From assembly GCA_948443805.1 (NCBI GenBank), contig CAOJUB010000003.1, positions 69,832 to 133,831 on the forward strand: a stretch of DNA of 64,000 bases. Reading direction: 5' to 3'. The translations under genes and the position numbers were made by a program. This document shows, one piece after another, positions 9,674-18,131 of the stretch. Within the stretch, counting starts at the first letter, position 1. Each line of letters opens with the position of its first letter. This DNA is from an uncultured Clostridia bacterium. Its GTDB lineage: Bacteria; Bacillota; Clostridia; Oscillospirales; UBA644. A model generated the notes under the pieces. It ran no database searches, was not told the origin of the DNA, and saw nothing but the letters and a program-made list of their open reading frames with translations.

Positions 9674-9718
9674 GATGTTTTCGGTTTGCTAAGTTTTTTG
9701 AGATGAGGAGAAAAAATC

Positions 9719-12106
9719 ATGGATATTTCATATAAATGGCTCAGACAATATACGCCGCTGACCGCAGAGCCCGGGGAATATATGCGGAAAATGTGCATGA
9801 CCGGTAATGAGGTGACAGGCTATGCCAATCATGCGGATCGCATTCACAACGTGGTGGTCGGAAAAGTTCTTTCTGTACGGAAACATCCGGACGCCGACAA
9901 ACTGTCGGTCAATTCGGTTGACGTCGGCAGCGGAGAGCCGATTCAGATTGTTACGGCGGCAACCAATGTTTTTGAAGGCGCATTGGTCCCGGTTGCGCTG
10001 CACAATTCATGCCTGTATGACGGAACCAAAATTACCAGAGGCAAACTGCGCGGCGAGGTCAGCAACGGGATGTTCTGTTCGGTTGCCGAACTCGGCTTGA
10101 CAACGCATGATTATCCCGGTTCGATCGAGGACGGAATTCTGATTCTTCACGAAGGAACGCCGGGGGATGATATCTGTCAGGTTTTAGGCCTTGACGACAC
10201 CGTTTTTACCGTTGATGTGGTTACGAACCGTCCCGACTGCCTGTCGGTTATTGGGATTGCCCGTGAGAGCGCCGCAACATTCGGCCTTCCTTTTCAGGTG
10301 GAAAAACCGGAAATCGCCTCTTTTGCTCCGGAAAAAGCATCGGATTTTCTGACTGTTTCTGTGGAAGCGCCCGATCTTTGTCCCCGCTACCGTGCGCGCG
10401 TGGTCAAAAATGTCAAGATTGGCCCGTCGCCGAAATGGATGATTGAGCAGCTGCGCAGCTGCGGCGTTCGTTCGATCAATAATATCGTGGATATTACCAA
10501 TTATGTCATGCTGGAATACGGTCAGCCAATGCATGCGTTTGACTATGCCTGCGTGGACGGCGGCTCAATCATTGTCAGAAGAGCGGCGTCGGGCGAAGTG
10601 ATGAAAACGCTGGACGGCCAGGAACGGAAGCTGACCGAGGAAATGCTGGTGATTGCCGATGACAAGAAGCCGGTTGCCGTTGCCGGCGTGATGGGCGGCG
10701 AAAACAGCGAAATTAAAGACACGACTTCAATGGTCGTGTTTGAATCGGCGAATTTCTTCGGGGCGTCTGTCAGAAAAACTTCAAAGGCGCTCGGAATGCG
10801 GACCGACGCTTCGGCGCGGTATGAAAAAAATCTGGATCCGAATCTGGTTGTCGACGCGCTGGACAGAGCCTGCCAGCTGGTAGAAGAACTCGGCGCCGGC
10901 GAAATTCTTTCCGGTGTGGTCGAGGTCGATCATTCCGATCATTCGGTCAGAACGATTCCCTTGGAAAAAGACTGGATCAATTCCTATATCAATGCTTCTC
11001 TTTCCGAGCAGGAAATGACGGGGATTCTTGAATCTCTCGGCTTTTCGGTGGAAAACGGGGTGGTTACGGTTCCGTCTTTCCGTTCGGATGTCGAGACCAA
11101 ATACGATCTTTCAGAGGAAATCGCGAAATTTTACGGTTATGACAATATTCCATCCGCTTCCTTCAAGAGTGATATCTCGGGCGGCGGCTATACCGAGGAA
11201 CAAAAATTTGAACGGGAACTTGGCGAAGCGCTCCGCGGAGTCGGCCTGAGCGAGATTTTGACCTATACTTTTGTCAGCCCCAGAATTTATGATAAATTAC
11301 GGGTTCCCGCCGACAGTCCGCTGCGGAATGCCTTGAAAATTTCCAACCCGCTCGGGGAAGATACGTCGGTTATGCGGACAACTACGCTTTCTTCCATGCT
11401 GGAGGTTCTTTCTCGCAATTACAATAACCGGAATTCCGAAGCCTATCTTTATGAGATCGGCAAGATTTATCTGAAGAATGCGGATGAAGCAGAACTTCCT
11501 GAAGAGCGGAAGATTGTTACGCTCGGTTTTTACGATTATGACGGGAAAGCGGATTTCTTCACGCTGAAGGGTATGGCGGAGGAAGTATTTGCTTCTTTGA
11601 ACCTCAAAGAGGCGGAATACCGTCCCTGTTCGGATCATCCTTCGTATCATCCCGGCCGGACGGCAGAGATTTGGATAGACCGAGAAAAGATCGGTATTCT
11701 CGGTCAGATTCATCCGGCTGTCGCCGAGGCGTTCGGTCTTTCGGGCGAAGTGTACTGTGCGGAGATTAGTTATCCGCTGTTGTATGCTTCCCGGGCGGCA
11801 GAACATGTGTATAAGCCGCTGCCGAAGTACCCCGCCGCAACAAGAGACCTGGCGCTTCTGTGTTCGGAGGATGTTTATAGCGGCGAGATCGAAAAGGTAA
11901 TCCGCAAAGCGGGCGGAAAGAATCTGGAAAGCGTATCCCTTTTTGACGTCTATACCGGCCGTCAGGTTAAGGAAGGGTATAAGAGCCTGGCCTACGCGCT
12001 TTCGTTCCGGCGGGATGATTCGACGATGTCCGATGAGGAAACCGACCGGCTGATCGAAAATATTCTTGCGGCTTTGGAAGAAAACGGCGTGCAGATTCGT
12101 TCGTAA
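9719..12106 (+). CDS. pheT: Phenylalanine--tRNA ligase beta subunit
   Basis: 795 aa. N-terminal MDISYKWLRQY, tRNA-binding, B3/4, B5 and FDX-ACB regions. Lies directly after pheS. Confidence 0.95.
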   Translation: MDISYKWLRQYTPLTAEPGEYMRKMCMTGNEVTGYANHADRIHNVVVGKVLSVRKHPDADKLSVNSVDVGSGEPIQIVTAATNVFEGALVPVALHNSCLYDGTKITRGKLRGEVSNGMFCSVAELGLTTHDYPGSIEDGILILHEGTPGDDICQVLGLDDTVFTVDVVTNRPDCLSVIGIARESAATFGLPFQVEKPEIASFAPEKASDFLTVSVEAPDLCPRYRARVVKNVKIGPSPKWMIEQLRSCGVRSINNIVDITNYVMLEYGQPMHAFDYACVDGGSIIVRRAASGEVMKTLDGQERKLTEEMLVIADDKKPVAVAGVMGGENSEIKDTTSMVVFESANFFGASVRKTSKALGMRTDASARYEKNLDPNLVVDALDRACQLVEELGAGEILSGVVEVDHSDHSVRTIPLEKDWINSYINASLSEQEMTGILESLGFSVENGVVTVPSFRSDVETKYDLSEEIAKFYGYDNIPSASFKSDISGGGYTEEQKFERELGEALRGVGLSEILTYTFVSPRIYDKLRVPADSPLRNALKISNPLGEDTSVMRTTTLSSMLEVLSRNYNNRNSEAYLYEIGKIYLKNADEAELPEERKIVTLGFYDYDGKADFFTLKGMAEEVFASLNLKEAEYRPCSDHPSYHPGRTAEIWIDREKIGILGQIHPAVAEAFGLSGEVYCAEISYPLLYASRAAEHVYKPLPKYPAATRDLALLCSEDVYSGEIEKVIRKAGGKNLESVSLFDVYTGRQVKEGYKSLAYALSFRRDDSTMSDEETDRLIENILAALEENGVQIRS

Positions 12107-12153
12107 AAGCCGTTCCGGCCAAGGTTTGGGGCAGCGGGCGCGCAGATAAGCAA

Positions 12154-12177
12154 AAGAGAAGGCAGCCCCTTCTTTTG
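12154..12177 (+). terminator. Possible terminator after pheT
   Basis: GAAGG (12158-62) pairs with CCTTC (12168-72), extended by A-T and G-T pairs, then TTTT. Short stem. Confidence 0.4.
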
Positions 12178-12223
12178 ATACAGAAAATTCGGGCGGAAAC
12201 GTCCGTTCAGAAAGGAGTCCGGC

Positions 12224-12469
12224 ATGATGGATAATACTATTCCTTTTTCCCTGAGAGACAGGCGCAACGATGATATGAGGAAAACGCTTATACAGGTATA
12301 CGACGCGCTGGTTGAAAAGGGGTACGATCCGATTAATCAGTTGGTCGGGTATATTCTTTCGGAAGATCCGACCTATATCACCAACCACGGAAACGCACGG
12401 AATCTGATTCGGAAGATCGACCGTGACGAGCTGCTGCACGTGTTGATTACCGAGTATCTGAATAACTGA
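12224..12469 (+). CDS. ireB: IreB-family regulatory phosphoprotein (UPF0297)
   Basis: [47 protein letters not shown] matches the UPF0297 core. 81 aa. Confidence 0.8.
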   Translation: MMDNTIPFSLRDRRNDDMRKTLIQVYDALVEKGYDPINQLVGYILSEDPTYITNHGNARNLIRKIDRDELLHVLITEYLNN

Positions 12470-12572
12470 AGAGCCGGAAAACGGGTCAACCGGATTCTTT
12501 CCGGCAGGGTATTTGTTTGCCGTAATCCCGGAGGCGTTTTTTCTCTGGTGCGGCGGAATGGGGGTCAAAAGA

Positions 12573-13088
12573 ATGGATCATCTTTATGAACAGCTGTTTA
12601 AGAAAAAAAAGACGGGAAAGGATCATTGTCTTCGCGCCGCCATCTTTCTGGCAACGCTGGTAATTTCAGCGGTTGTTTTTTTCCTGCTGTGCAATCTGAT
12701 TCCGAATGCGTTCGGCCGACTTCTCGGCTCTTTTGCTATTATCGGGGTCGTTTACGCCGGGTATAAACTTTTTATGCTGACCGATGTGGAATATGAGTAT
12801 ATTTATATGGCCGGCGAAATCGATTTCGACCGGATTCTGGCCAAAAGCGACCGGAAACGGATTCTGACGGTCCGGTGTTCGGAGTTTGAAGATTTCGGCG
12901 AGTGGAACCAGTCTTCGGCGGAACGGCTGAAAAATATGCCGCTGGCCAAGCGGTACGATTTTACTTCGAATCAGGGCGGCGCCGTATACTATGCTGTTTT
13001 GAATCGGAAAGAAGTCGGAAAAATTGCGGTTCTGTTTGAGCCCGAAGAGCGGATTTTAACCGATATGAAGCGGTATATCAAAAGATAA
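12573..13088 (+). CDS. Hypothetical membrane-anchored protein
   Basis: The ORF has two predicted TM helices followed by a soluble domain. ATG 12573 (MDHLYEQ) follows GGGGG. No family recognised. Confidence 0.45.
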   Translation: MDHLYEQLFKKKKTGKDHCLRAAIFLATLVISAVVFFLLCNLIPNAFGRLLGSFAIIGVVYAGYKLFMLTDVEYEYIYMAGEIDFDRILAKSDRKRILTVRCSEFEDFGEWNQSSAERLKNMPLAKRYDFTSNQGGAVYYAVLNRKEVGKIAVLFEPEERILTDMKRYIKR

Positions 13089-13158
13089 ACATGTTTTTCG
13101 TTAAGAAAATGCAGGTTGATCCGGCGGCTTTGCAGAAGGAAAAACGATTGGGTCGAAA

Positions 13159-14661
13159 GTGGTGTTGGCGGAAATGACAGACTGGTATATTCTGCAGGCG
13201 GAACAGTTTCGCGCGGCGGACGGCTATGCGGTTTCGGAAATGGGTCTTTCTGTTCCGGAGCTGATGGAACGGGCGGCCGACGGGCTGTATAAGGGCTGTG
13301 TGGATCTCTGCGGTGAATCGTTGAAAAAAATTCCGGTGACGTTTCTTTGCGGAAAGGGAAACAACGGGGGAGACGGTTTTTGTCTTTGTGCACGGCTGGC
13401 GGAGGAAGGGTATGATGTTGCTGCGATTGCTGTTTTCGGAACCGGTGAACTTTCCGGCGCCGCCGCCGAAATGGCTTCCCGTGTTCCGGAAAACTGCCTG
13501 ATTAATCTGGTTTGCGAGACGGGGGAATCCATGGCATATCAGCGGATTGCCTGTTCCGGGTTGGTGGTTGACTGTGTTTTCGGCACTGGTTTTTCCGGCG
13601 TTCTTTCAGAAGAGATTCAGCGTCTGTTTGCGGCTGTTCAGGGAAAAAAGATTCTTGCCTGTGATCTTCCGTCGGGCGTTTCCTGCGACGGCGGACAGGT
13701 TTCGCCGGGTGCGTTGAAAGCGGATAAAACCATTACTTTTGCTGCCTGGAAACCGGCTTGTTTTTTATATCCGGGAAAGGATTTTTTCGGAGAAACCGAG
13801 GTCTGGGATATCGGGATTACCCGTGCGGTGGAAAAAAACGGCGGGGCGTTTCGTTTGATTACGGCTGATTTGGTTCGTCCGCTTTTAAAAGTACGGCCGG
13901 AGAATTCGCATAAAGGGACCTTCGGCGGCGTACAGCTGTGCTGCGGTTCCAAATGGATGAGCGGCGCCGCGGGGCTTGCCGCAAGAGCCGCTCTGAAAAG
14001 CGGGGTGGGGCTGGTTTATTTATCCTGCGGGAAAAAACTGCGGCGGATTTTGCAGACGTCGGTTTTGGAAGCGGTGTACACCAAACCGAAAGGAAAAACA
14101 AAAGCCGGTGCTTTTGTTGTCGGCTGCGGGCTCGGTAAAAAAGCGCGCTATCTGAAAAGTTATTGGAAACGGAAAAAACCGATGGTCGTGGACGGCGATG
14201 CGCTGAATTATTTGGCAAACCATCCGAAATTGCTGAAAAAGTCTCCTTCCTCAACAGTGCTTACACCGCATCCGCTGGAAATGGCAAGACTGCTGGGAAT
14301 TCCTGTTTCGGCGGTGGAATCTGACCGGATCGGCATTGCACGGTATGCGGCGGAAAGATTTTCTTCGGTCGTTGTGTTAAAAGGACGGCACACGGTAATC
14401 GCTTCGCCCGGCGGTAGCGTGTGGATTAACCGGGGAGGGAATTCTGCTTTGGCCAAAGGCGGCAGCGGCGATGTTCTTGCCGGTTTTCTCGGCGGCCTGC
14501 TTGCTTCCGGTTATTCTGCGGAAGAGGCTTCTGTCATTGCGGTATACGCGCATTCCCGGGCGGCGGAAATTCTGACGGCCGGCCGGCCGGAGGAGGGCGT
14601 TTTGCCTTCGGAGATTATTTCGTTGCTTGACAATGCCTTTTTTTTGCGGCAAAATTTATAA
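13159..14661 (+). CDS. nnr: Bifunctional NAD(P)H-hydrate repair enzyme Nnr (epimerase/dehydratase)
   Basis: N-terminal YjeF motif GKGNNGGDG. C-terminal carbohydrate-kinase motif GGSGDVLAG. Alternative start ATG 13174. Confidence 0.88.
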   Translation: MVLAEMTDWYILQAEQFRAADGYAVSEMGLSVPELMERAADGLYKGCVDLCGESLKKIPVTFLCGKGNNGGDGFCLCARLAEEGYDVAAIAVFGTGELSGAAAEMASRVPENCLINLVCETGESMAYQRIACSGLVVDCVFGTGFSGVLSEEIQRLFAAVQGKKILACDLPSGVSCDGGQVSPGALKADKTITFAAWKPACFLYPGKDFFGETEVWDIGITRAVEKNGGAFRLITADLVRPLLKVRPENSHKGTFGGVQLCCGSKWMSGAAGLAARAALKSGVGLVYLSCGKKLRRILQTSVLEAVYTKPKGKTKAGAFVVGCGLGKKARYLKSYWKRKKPMVVDGDALNYLANHPKLLKKSPSSTVLTPHPLEMARLLGIPVSAVESDRIGIARYAAERFSSVVVLKGRHTVIASPGGSVWINRGGNSALAKGGSGDVLAGFLGGLLASGYSAEEASVIAVYAHSRAAEILTAGRPEEGVLPSEIISLLDNAFFLRQNL

Positions 14662-14709
14662 GGATGAATGGCGGTGTTTTGATCGAAACGCACTGCCGGG
14701 GGAATAAAA

Positions 14710-15270
14710 ATGGAACAAAAGAATAATCAAAAAATCCGGAATCTGGTGCTTGCAGCGATGTTCCTTGCGCTGTGTCTGCTTCTTCCCTTTCTTACCGGAC
14801 AGATTCCCCAGGTCGGGAACGCTCTTTCTCCTATGCATATTCCGGTGCTTTTGTGCGGGTTTCTCTGCGGCTGGCCGTTCGGCCTTGCGGTCGGCGCAGC
14901 AGCGCCGCTTCTCCGTTTTTCTCTTTTCGGGTTGCCGCCTCTTTTTCCTACAGGGATCGCGATGTGTTTTGAACTTGCCGTATATGGGACGGTTTCTGGG
15001 ATTTGTTATCGGTTTTTTCCAAAAAAACCGATATATATTTATTTATCGCTGCTTATTTCCATGCTGGCAGGACGGTTTGTCTGGGGGGCGGTTCGCTGGA
15101 TTCTTGCTTTGCTGTTCGGGCTGGAATTTACATTTCAGATGTTTTTGGCCGGTGCGTTTGTCACGGCGTTTCCGGGGATTCTTTGTCATCTGCTTCTGAT
15201 TCCCCTTATTGTGATTCCGGTCGGCCGGTTTTCATCGTCTCCTGTGGCGACAATATCGGAAGGCCGCTGA
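14710..15270 (+). CDS. ECF transporter S (substrate-binding) component, substrate unknown
   Basis: 186-aa six-TM-like protein. N-terminal RNLVLAAMFLALCLLLPFL and MHIPVLLCGF resemble ECF S components. There is no space upstream for a riboswitch. Confidence 0.6.
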   Translation: MEQKNNQKIRNLVLAAMFLALCLLLPFLTGQIPQVGNALSPMHIPVLLCGFLCGWPFGLAVGAAAPLLRFSLFGLPPLFPTGIAMCFELAVYGTVSGICYRFFPKKPIYIYLSLLISMLAGRFVWGAVRWILALLFGLEFTFQMFLAGAFVTAFPGILCHLLLIPLIVIPVGRFSSSPVATISEGR

Positions 15271-15314
15271 AAAATGGAAAAACTGCGCCGTTTATTACGG
15301 CGGAAGGAGTTTTT

Positions 15315-15803
15315 ATGCAACGGGAATTTTCTCCGCAGCAAAAAACCGGCATCGGCCGGTATCTGTTGATCTTTGCCGGATGTATCGCGGCGTTTTGGGT
15401 CATCGAAAATATCCTTCCCGGCGGGCTGCATACCGCGCCGCTGGTCTTTTTGGTTTTTGCCGCAGCGGCTTTTGCCATGTACCGTATGCTGAAAACCAAT
15501 TACAGCCGCTGTGAGTTTGTTTTGACCGACGAAGGTTTTTTTGTTACAACAGCGATCGGGCATAAGGAACGGATTAATCTTTCGTTGCCCCTGAAAAATA
15601 TAAAAAAGTTATACGGAAAAAATGAAATCCCCGGTGATTTATCTGTATCGACAGAGGTCTACGGCGCGGAAGGAGAAGGGTATTCCGCTATTTTGTATTA
15701 TGATGAAACGTTAAAATGTGAAAAATTAGCGAAATTTTCCGTTTCAGATGATTTTTACCGCGCTTTTTCGGAAAAAATGCTTGACAAACGGGAATCCCTG
15801 TGA
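15315..15803 (+). CDS. Hypothetical membrane protein
   Basis: ATG 15315 follows GGAAGGAG. Two TM helices then a ~90-aa soluble domain. The ORF-track start at 15003 lies inside the previous gene. Confidence 0.5.
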   Translation: MQREFSPQQKTGIGRYLLIFAGCIAAFWVIENILPGGLHTAPLVFLVFAAAAFAMYRMLKTNYSRCEFVLTDEGFFVTTAIGHKERINLSLPLKNIKKLYGKNEIPGDLSVSTEVYGAEGEGYSAILYYDETLKCEKLAKFSVSDDFYRAFSEKMLDKRESL

Positions 15804-15810
15804 TATAATA
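15782..15810 (+). promoter_or_regulatory. Consensus sigma-A promoter of infC-rpmI-rplT
   Basis: TTGACA (15782-87), 17-nt spacer, TATAAT (15805-10). Confidence 0.7.
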
Positions 15811-15950
15811 GCAAAAGACAAAGAAGAAGAACTCGTTTCTCACCCTGCGCCAACGGTAGCAGCGGTCAATATGATAATTCGCCCTGCGCGGATTTATTTT
15901 ATTGAAGTGATTAACGGTGTTAATCGCTTTTTCTTTTGTATATAAAAAAA
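15811..15950 (+). promoter_or_regulatory. infC operon leader with terminator-like hairpin (candidate L20-responsive attenuator)
   Basis: ~140-nt untranslated leader. GTGATTAAC (15907-15) pairs with GTTAATCGC (15919-27), followed by TTTTTCTTTT. The position matches the L20 leader known in Firmicutes. Homology was not verified. Confidence 0.45.
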
Positions 15951-15965
15951 TCGGAGGTGTTTTTT

Positions 15966-16481
15966 ATTAAAGCGAAAGGCATGCAGATCAATGAGAATAT
16001 CAGAGATCCACAGGTGCGCCTGATCGGCGCGGACGGAGAACAGTTAGGTATTGTTTCTTCAGCAGATGCGCTGGATAAGGCCGAAAATCTGAATTTGGAT
16101 CTGGTTCTGATATCTCCCGCCGCCAATCCGCCGGTCTGTAAGATTATGGATTACAAGAAGTACTGTTTTGAACAGGAAAGACGGATGAAAGAAGCAAAGA
16201 AAAATCAGAAGATTGTCGATGTGAAGGAAATCCAGCTTTCGATTCGGATTGAAGACAATGATTTCAAGACCAAACTTAACCGCGCTATTAAATTTTTGTC
16301 GGGCGGCGATAAGGTCAAGGTCAGAGTCCGTTTCCGCGGAAGAGAGATTACGCATCCGGAACTCGGTATGGAGCTGACGGCCCGTTTCTTTGACGGCTGC
16401 AAAGAAGTTTCTTCAATTGAAAAGCCTGCGAAGCTTGACGGAAGAAATATCATTATGATTCTTGCGCCGAAAGCTGTGTAA
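15966..16481 (+). CDS. infC: Translation initiation factor IF-3, probable ATT start
   Basis: INENIRDPQVRLIGADGEQLGIV and the C-terminal domain are typical of IF-3. ATT at 15966 lies 8 nt after GGAGG (15953-57). The in-frame ATG at 15981 has no properly spaced SD. Confidence 0.85.
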   Translation: MKAKGMQINENIRDPQVRLIGADGEQLGIVSSADALDKAENLNLDLVLISPAANPPVCKIMDYKKYCFEQERRMKEAKKNQKIVDVKEIQLSIRIEDNDFKTKLNRAIKFLSGGDKVKVRVRFRGREITHPELGMELTARFFDGCKEVSSIEKPAKLDGRNIIMILAPKAV

Positions 16482-16520
16482 AAACACAACGATTCGTTAT
16501 CAAAAAAAGGAGAGATCAAC

Positions 16521-16718
16521 ATGGCAAAGCTGAAGACGCACAGAGGCGCCGCGAAAAGATTTAAAATTACCGCCGGCGGCAAAGTAAAGATGAACCACAC
16601 GAAAAGAAGACATATACTCACCAAGAAGACAACGAAGTTCAAGAGAGGCCTCCGGAAAGCAGGTTATGCTTCCCCGGCAAACGCCCCCACTGTAAAGAAA
16701 CTGTTGCCTTACGCATAA
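16521..16718 (+). CDS. rpmI: 50S ribosomal protein L35
   Basis: MAKLKTHRGAAKRFKITAGGKVK. 65 aa. Operon position. Confidence 0.95.
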   Translation: MAKLKTHRGAAKRFKITAGGKVKMNHTKRRHILTKKTTKFKRGLRKAGYASPANAPTVKKLLPYA

Positions 16719-16743
16719 GCAAGTAGGATAGGAGAATAGAAAA

Positions 16744-17097
16744 ATGGCTAGAATTAAAAGGGCTATGATGACCCGCAAAAGACGCAAAAAGGTTTTAAAA
16801 CTTGCCAAAGGTTACTTCGGCGCAAAATCCAAACTTTTCAGAACAGCCAACCAGGCGGTTATGAAATCTCTGACCTACGCTTATGTGGGAAGAAAGCAGA
16901 AAAAGAGAGATTTCCGTTCTCTCTGGATTACCAGAATTTCCGCTGCTGCAAAGGCAAATGGAATCAATTATTCGCGTTTGATGTACGGTTTGAAAAAGGC
17001 GAATATCGATCTGAACAGAAAAATGCTTGCCGAGATCGCTGTTTCTGACGCAAGCGCTTTCGCCGGCCTTGTTGAGAAAGCAAAGGCGGCTCTGTAA
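16744..17097 (+). CDS. rplT: 50S ribosomal protein L20
   Basis: [26 protein letters not shown]. 117 aa. Confidence 0.95.
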   Translation: MARIKRAMMTRKRRKKVLKLAKGYFGAKSKLFRTANQAVMKSLTYAYVGRKQKKRDFRSLWITRISAAAKANGINYSRLMYGLKKANIDLNRKMLAEIAVSDASAFAGLVEKAKAAL

Positions 17098-17130
17098 AAA
17101 TTGAAACCGCGCACTGCCGGTTTTATAAAA

Positions 17131-17158
17131 ATGGAGAGGGCTTTCCTCTCCATTTTTT
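17131..17158 (+). terminator. Intrinsic terminator after rplT
   Basis: ATGGAGAGG (17131-39) pairs with CCTCTCCAT (17145-53), 5-nt loop, then a T-run. Confidence 0.8.
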
Positions 17159-17194
17159 CAAATAAGGATTGTTTTTAACAAAGAATGGGGATTC

Positions 17195-17932
17195 TTGATG
17201 CAGAAGATACTGAGCCCTCTGCGCCGTGCGGTGGAGGATTATGATATGATAGCCGACGGGGAACGGATTGCCGTCGGGGTTTCGGGAGGTAAGGATTCGG
17301 TCACGCTTCTTGCCGCGCTGAAGAGGCTTTCTCTGTTTTATCCGAAACATTTTGAAGTGATCGGCATTACGCTGGATACTGGTATAGACGGTATGGATTT
17401 TTCTCCGTTGGAACGTTTTGCCAGAGAGGCGGATATTGAACTTCATGTGATAAAAACGAATATCAAGCAAGTAGTTTTTGATATCCGAAAAGAAAGCAAT
17501 CCCTGTTCTCTCTGTGCGATGCTCCGCCGCGGGGCTTTGCATGATGCGGTTAAGGAACTGGGCGTCAATAAACTGGCGCTCGGCCATCATTATGACGATG
17601 TCTCCGAAACCTTTATGCTGAATCTGATTTATGAGGGGCGGATTGGTTGTTTCCGGCCGGTGACCTATCTGGACCGCAAGGAGATTACCGTGATACGGCC
17701 GCTGATTTATGCAACGGAAAAAGAAGTCCGCGGCTGCGTTGCAAGAAATTCTCTTCCGGTCGTTCATAATCCCTGCCCGGCAAACGGAAAAACCGAACGC
17801 GAGGGAATGAAGCGTCTTTTGCAGGAGCTGGAAGACCGGTATCCCGGTGTAAATAAACGAATTTTCGGCGCCTTGCAGCGTTCCGGGATCGACGGTTGGC
17901 AGGAAAGCGTTCGGGGAAGGAAAAAAAAGTGA
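17195..17932 (+). CDS. ttcA: PP-loop ATPase, TtcA-like tRNA 2-thiocytidine biosynthesis protein
   Basis: SGGKDS PP-loop (VGVSGGKDSVTLL), CSLCAMLRRG and CPANG cysteine motifs. Start is TTG 17195 or ATG 17198. Confidence 0.72.
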   Translation: MMQKILSPLRRAVEDYDMIADGERIAVGVSGGKDSVTLLAALKRLSLFYPKHFEVIGITLDTGIDGMDFSPLERFAREADIELHVIKTNIKQVVFDIRKESNPCSLCAMLRRGALHDAVKELGVNKLALGHHYDDVSETFMLNLIYEGRIGCFRPVTYLDRKEITVIRPLIYATEKEVRGCVARNSLPVVHNPCPANGKTEREGMKRLLQELEDRYPGVNKRIFGALQRSGIDGWQESVRGRKKK

Positions 17933-17949
17933 AGTTTGTCGGCTAAGTC

Positions 17950-17978
17950 TTGAAAAAAGACGGGAATTATGGTATAAT
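17950..17978 (+). promoter_or_regulatory. Sigma-A-type promoter upstream of the alpha/beta hydrolase leader
   Basis: TTGAAA (17950-55), 17-nt spacer, TATAAT (17973-78). Confidence 0.7.
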
Positions 17979-17979
17979 A

Positions 17980-18123
17980 AAGAACAACAAGTTGTTCTTA
18001 GGAAAAAAGCGTTTCAACCATTCGGTTGAAGTTCCGTTTTGGATAACCGCTTTTTTCTGGTGCGAAATTCATGTGGTAGAAAAAGAACAGTAAACTTGTT
18101 CTCAAGAACAGCAAGCTGTTCTT
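17980..18123 (+). repeat. Single copy of the ispD-leader element, flanked by three AGAACA-N6/7-TGTTCT dyads
   Basis: Dyad A lies at 17981-17998, the core element at ~18004-18072, dyad B at 18084-18102 and dyad C at 18105-18122. The core aligns with the reverse complement of the 4825-5153 unit. Confidence 0.8.
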
Positions 18124-18131
18124 TGGAGGGG

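Noticed and set aside
17981-17998. LexA/SOS (Cheo) box, because of the GAAC...GTTC arms.
   Set aside because: The Gram-positive LexA box is GAAC-N4-GTTC. Here the GAAC and GTTC cores are separated by 8 nt, and the conserved arms extend to AGAACA/TGTTCT. The downstream genes (ispD, a hydrolase) are not SOS functions.
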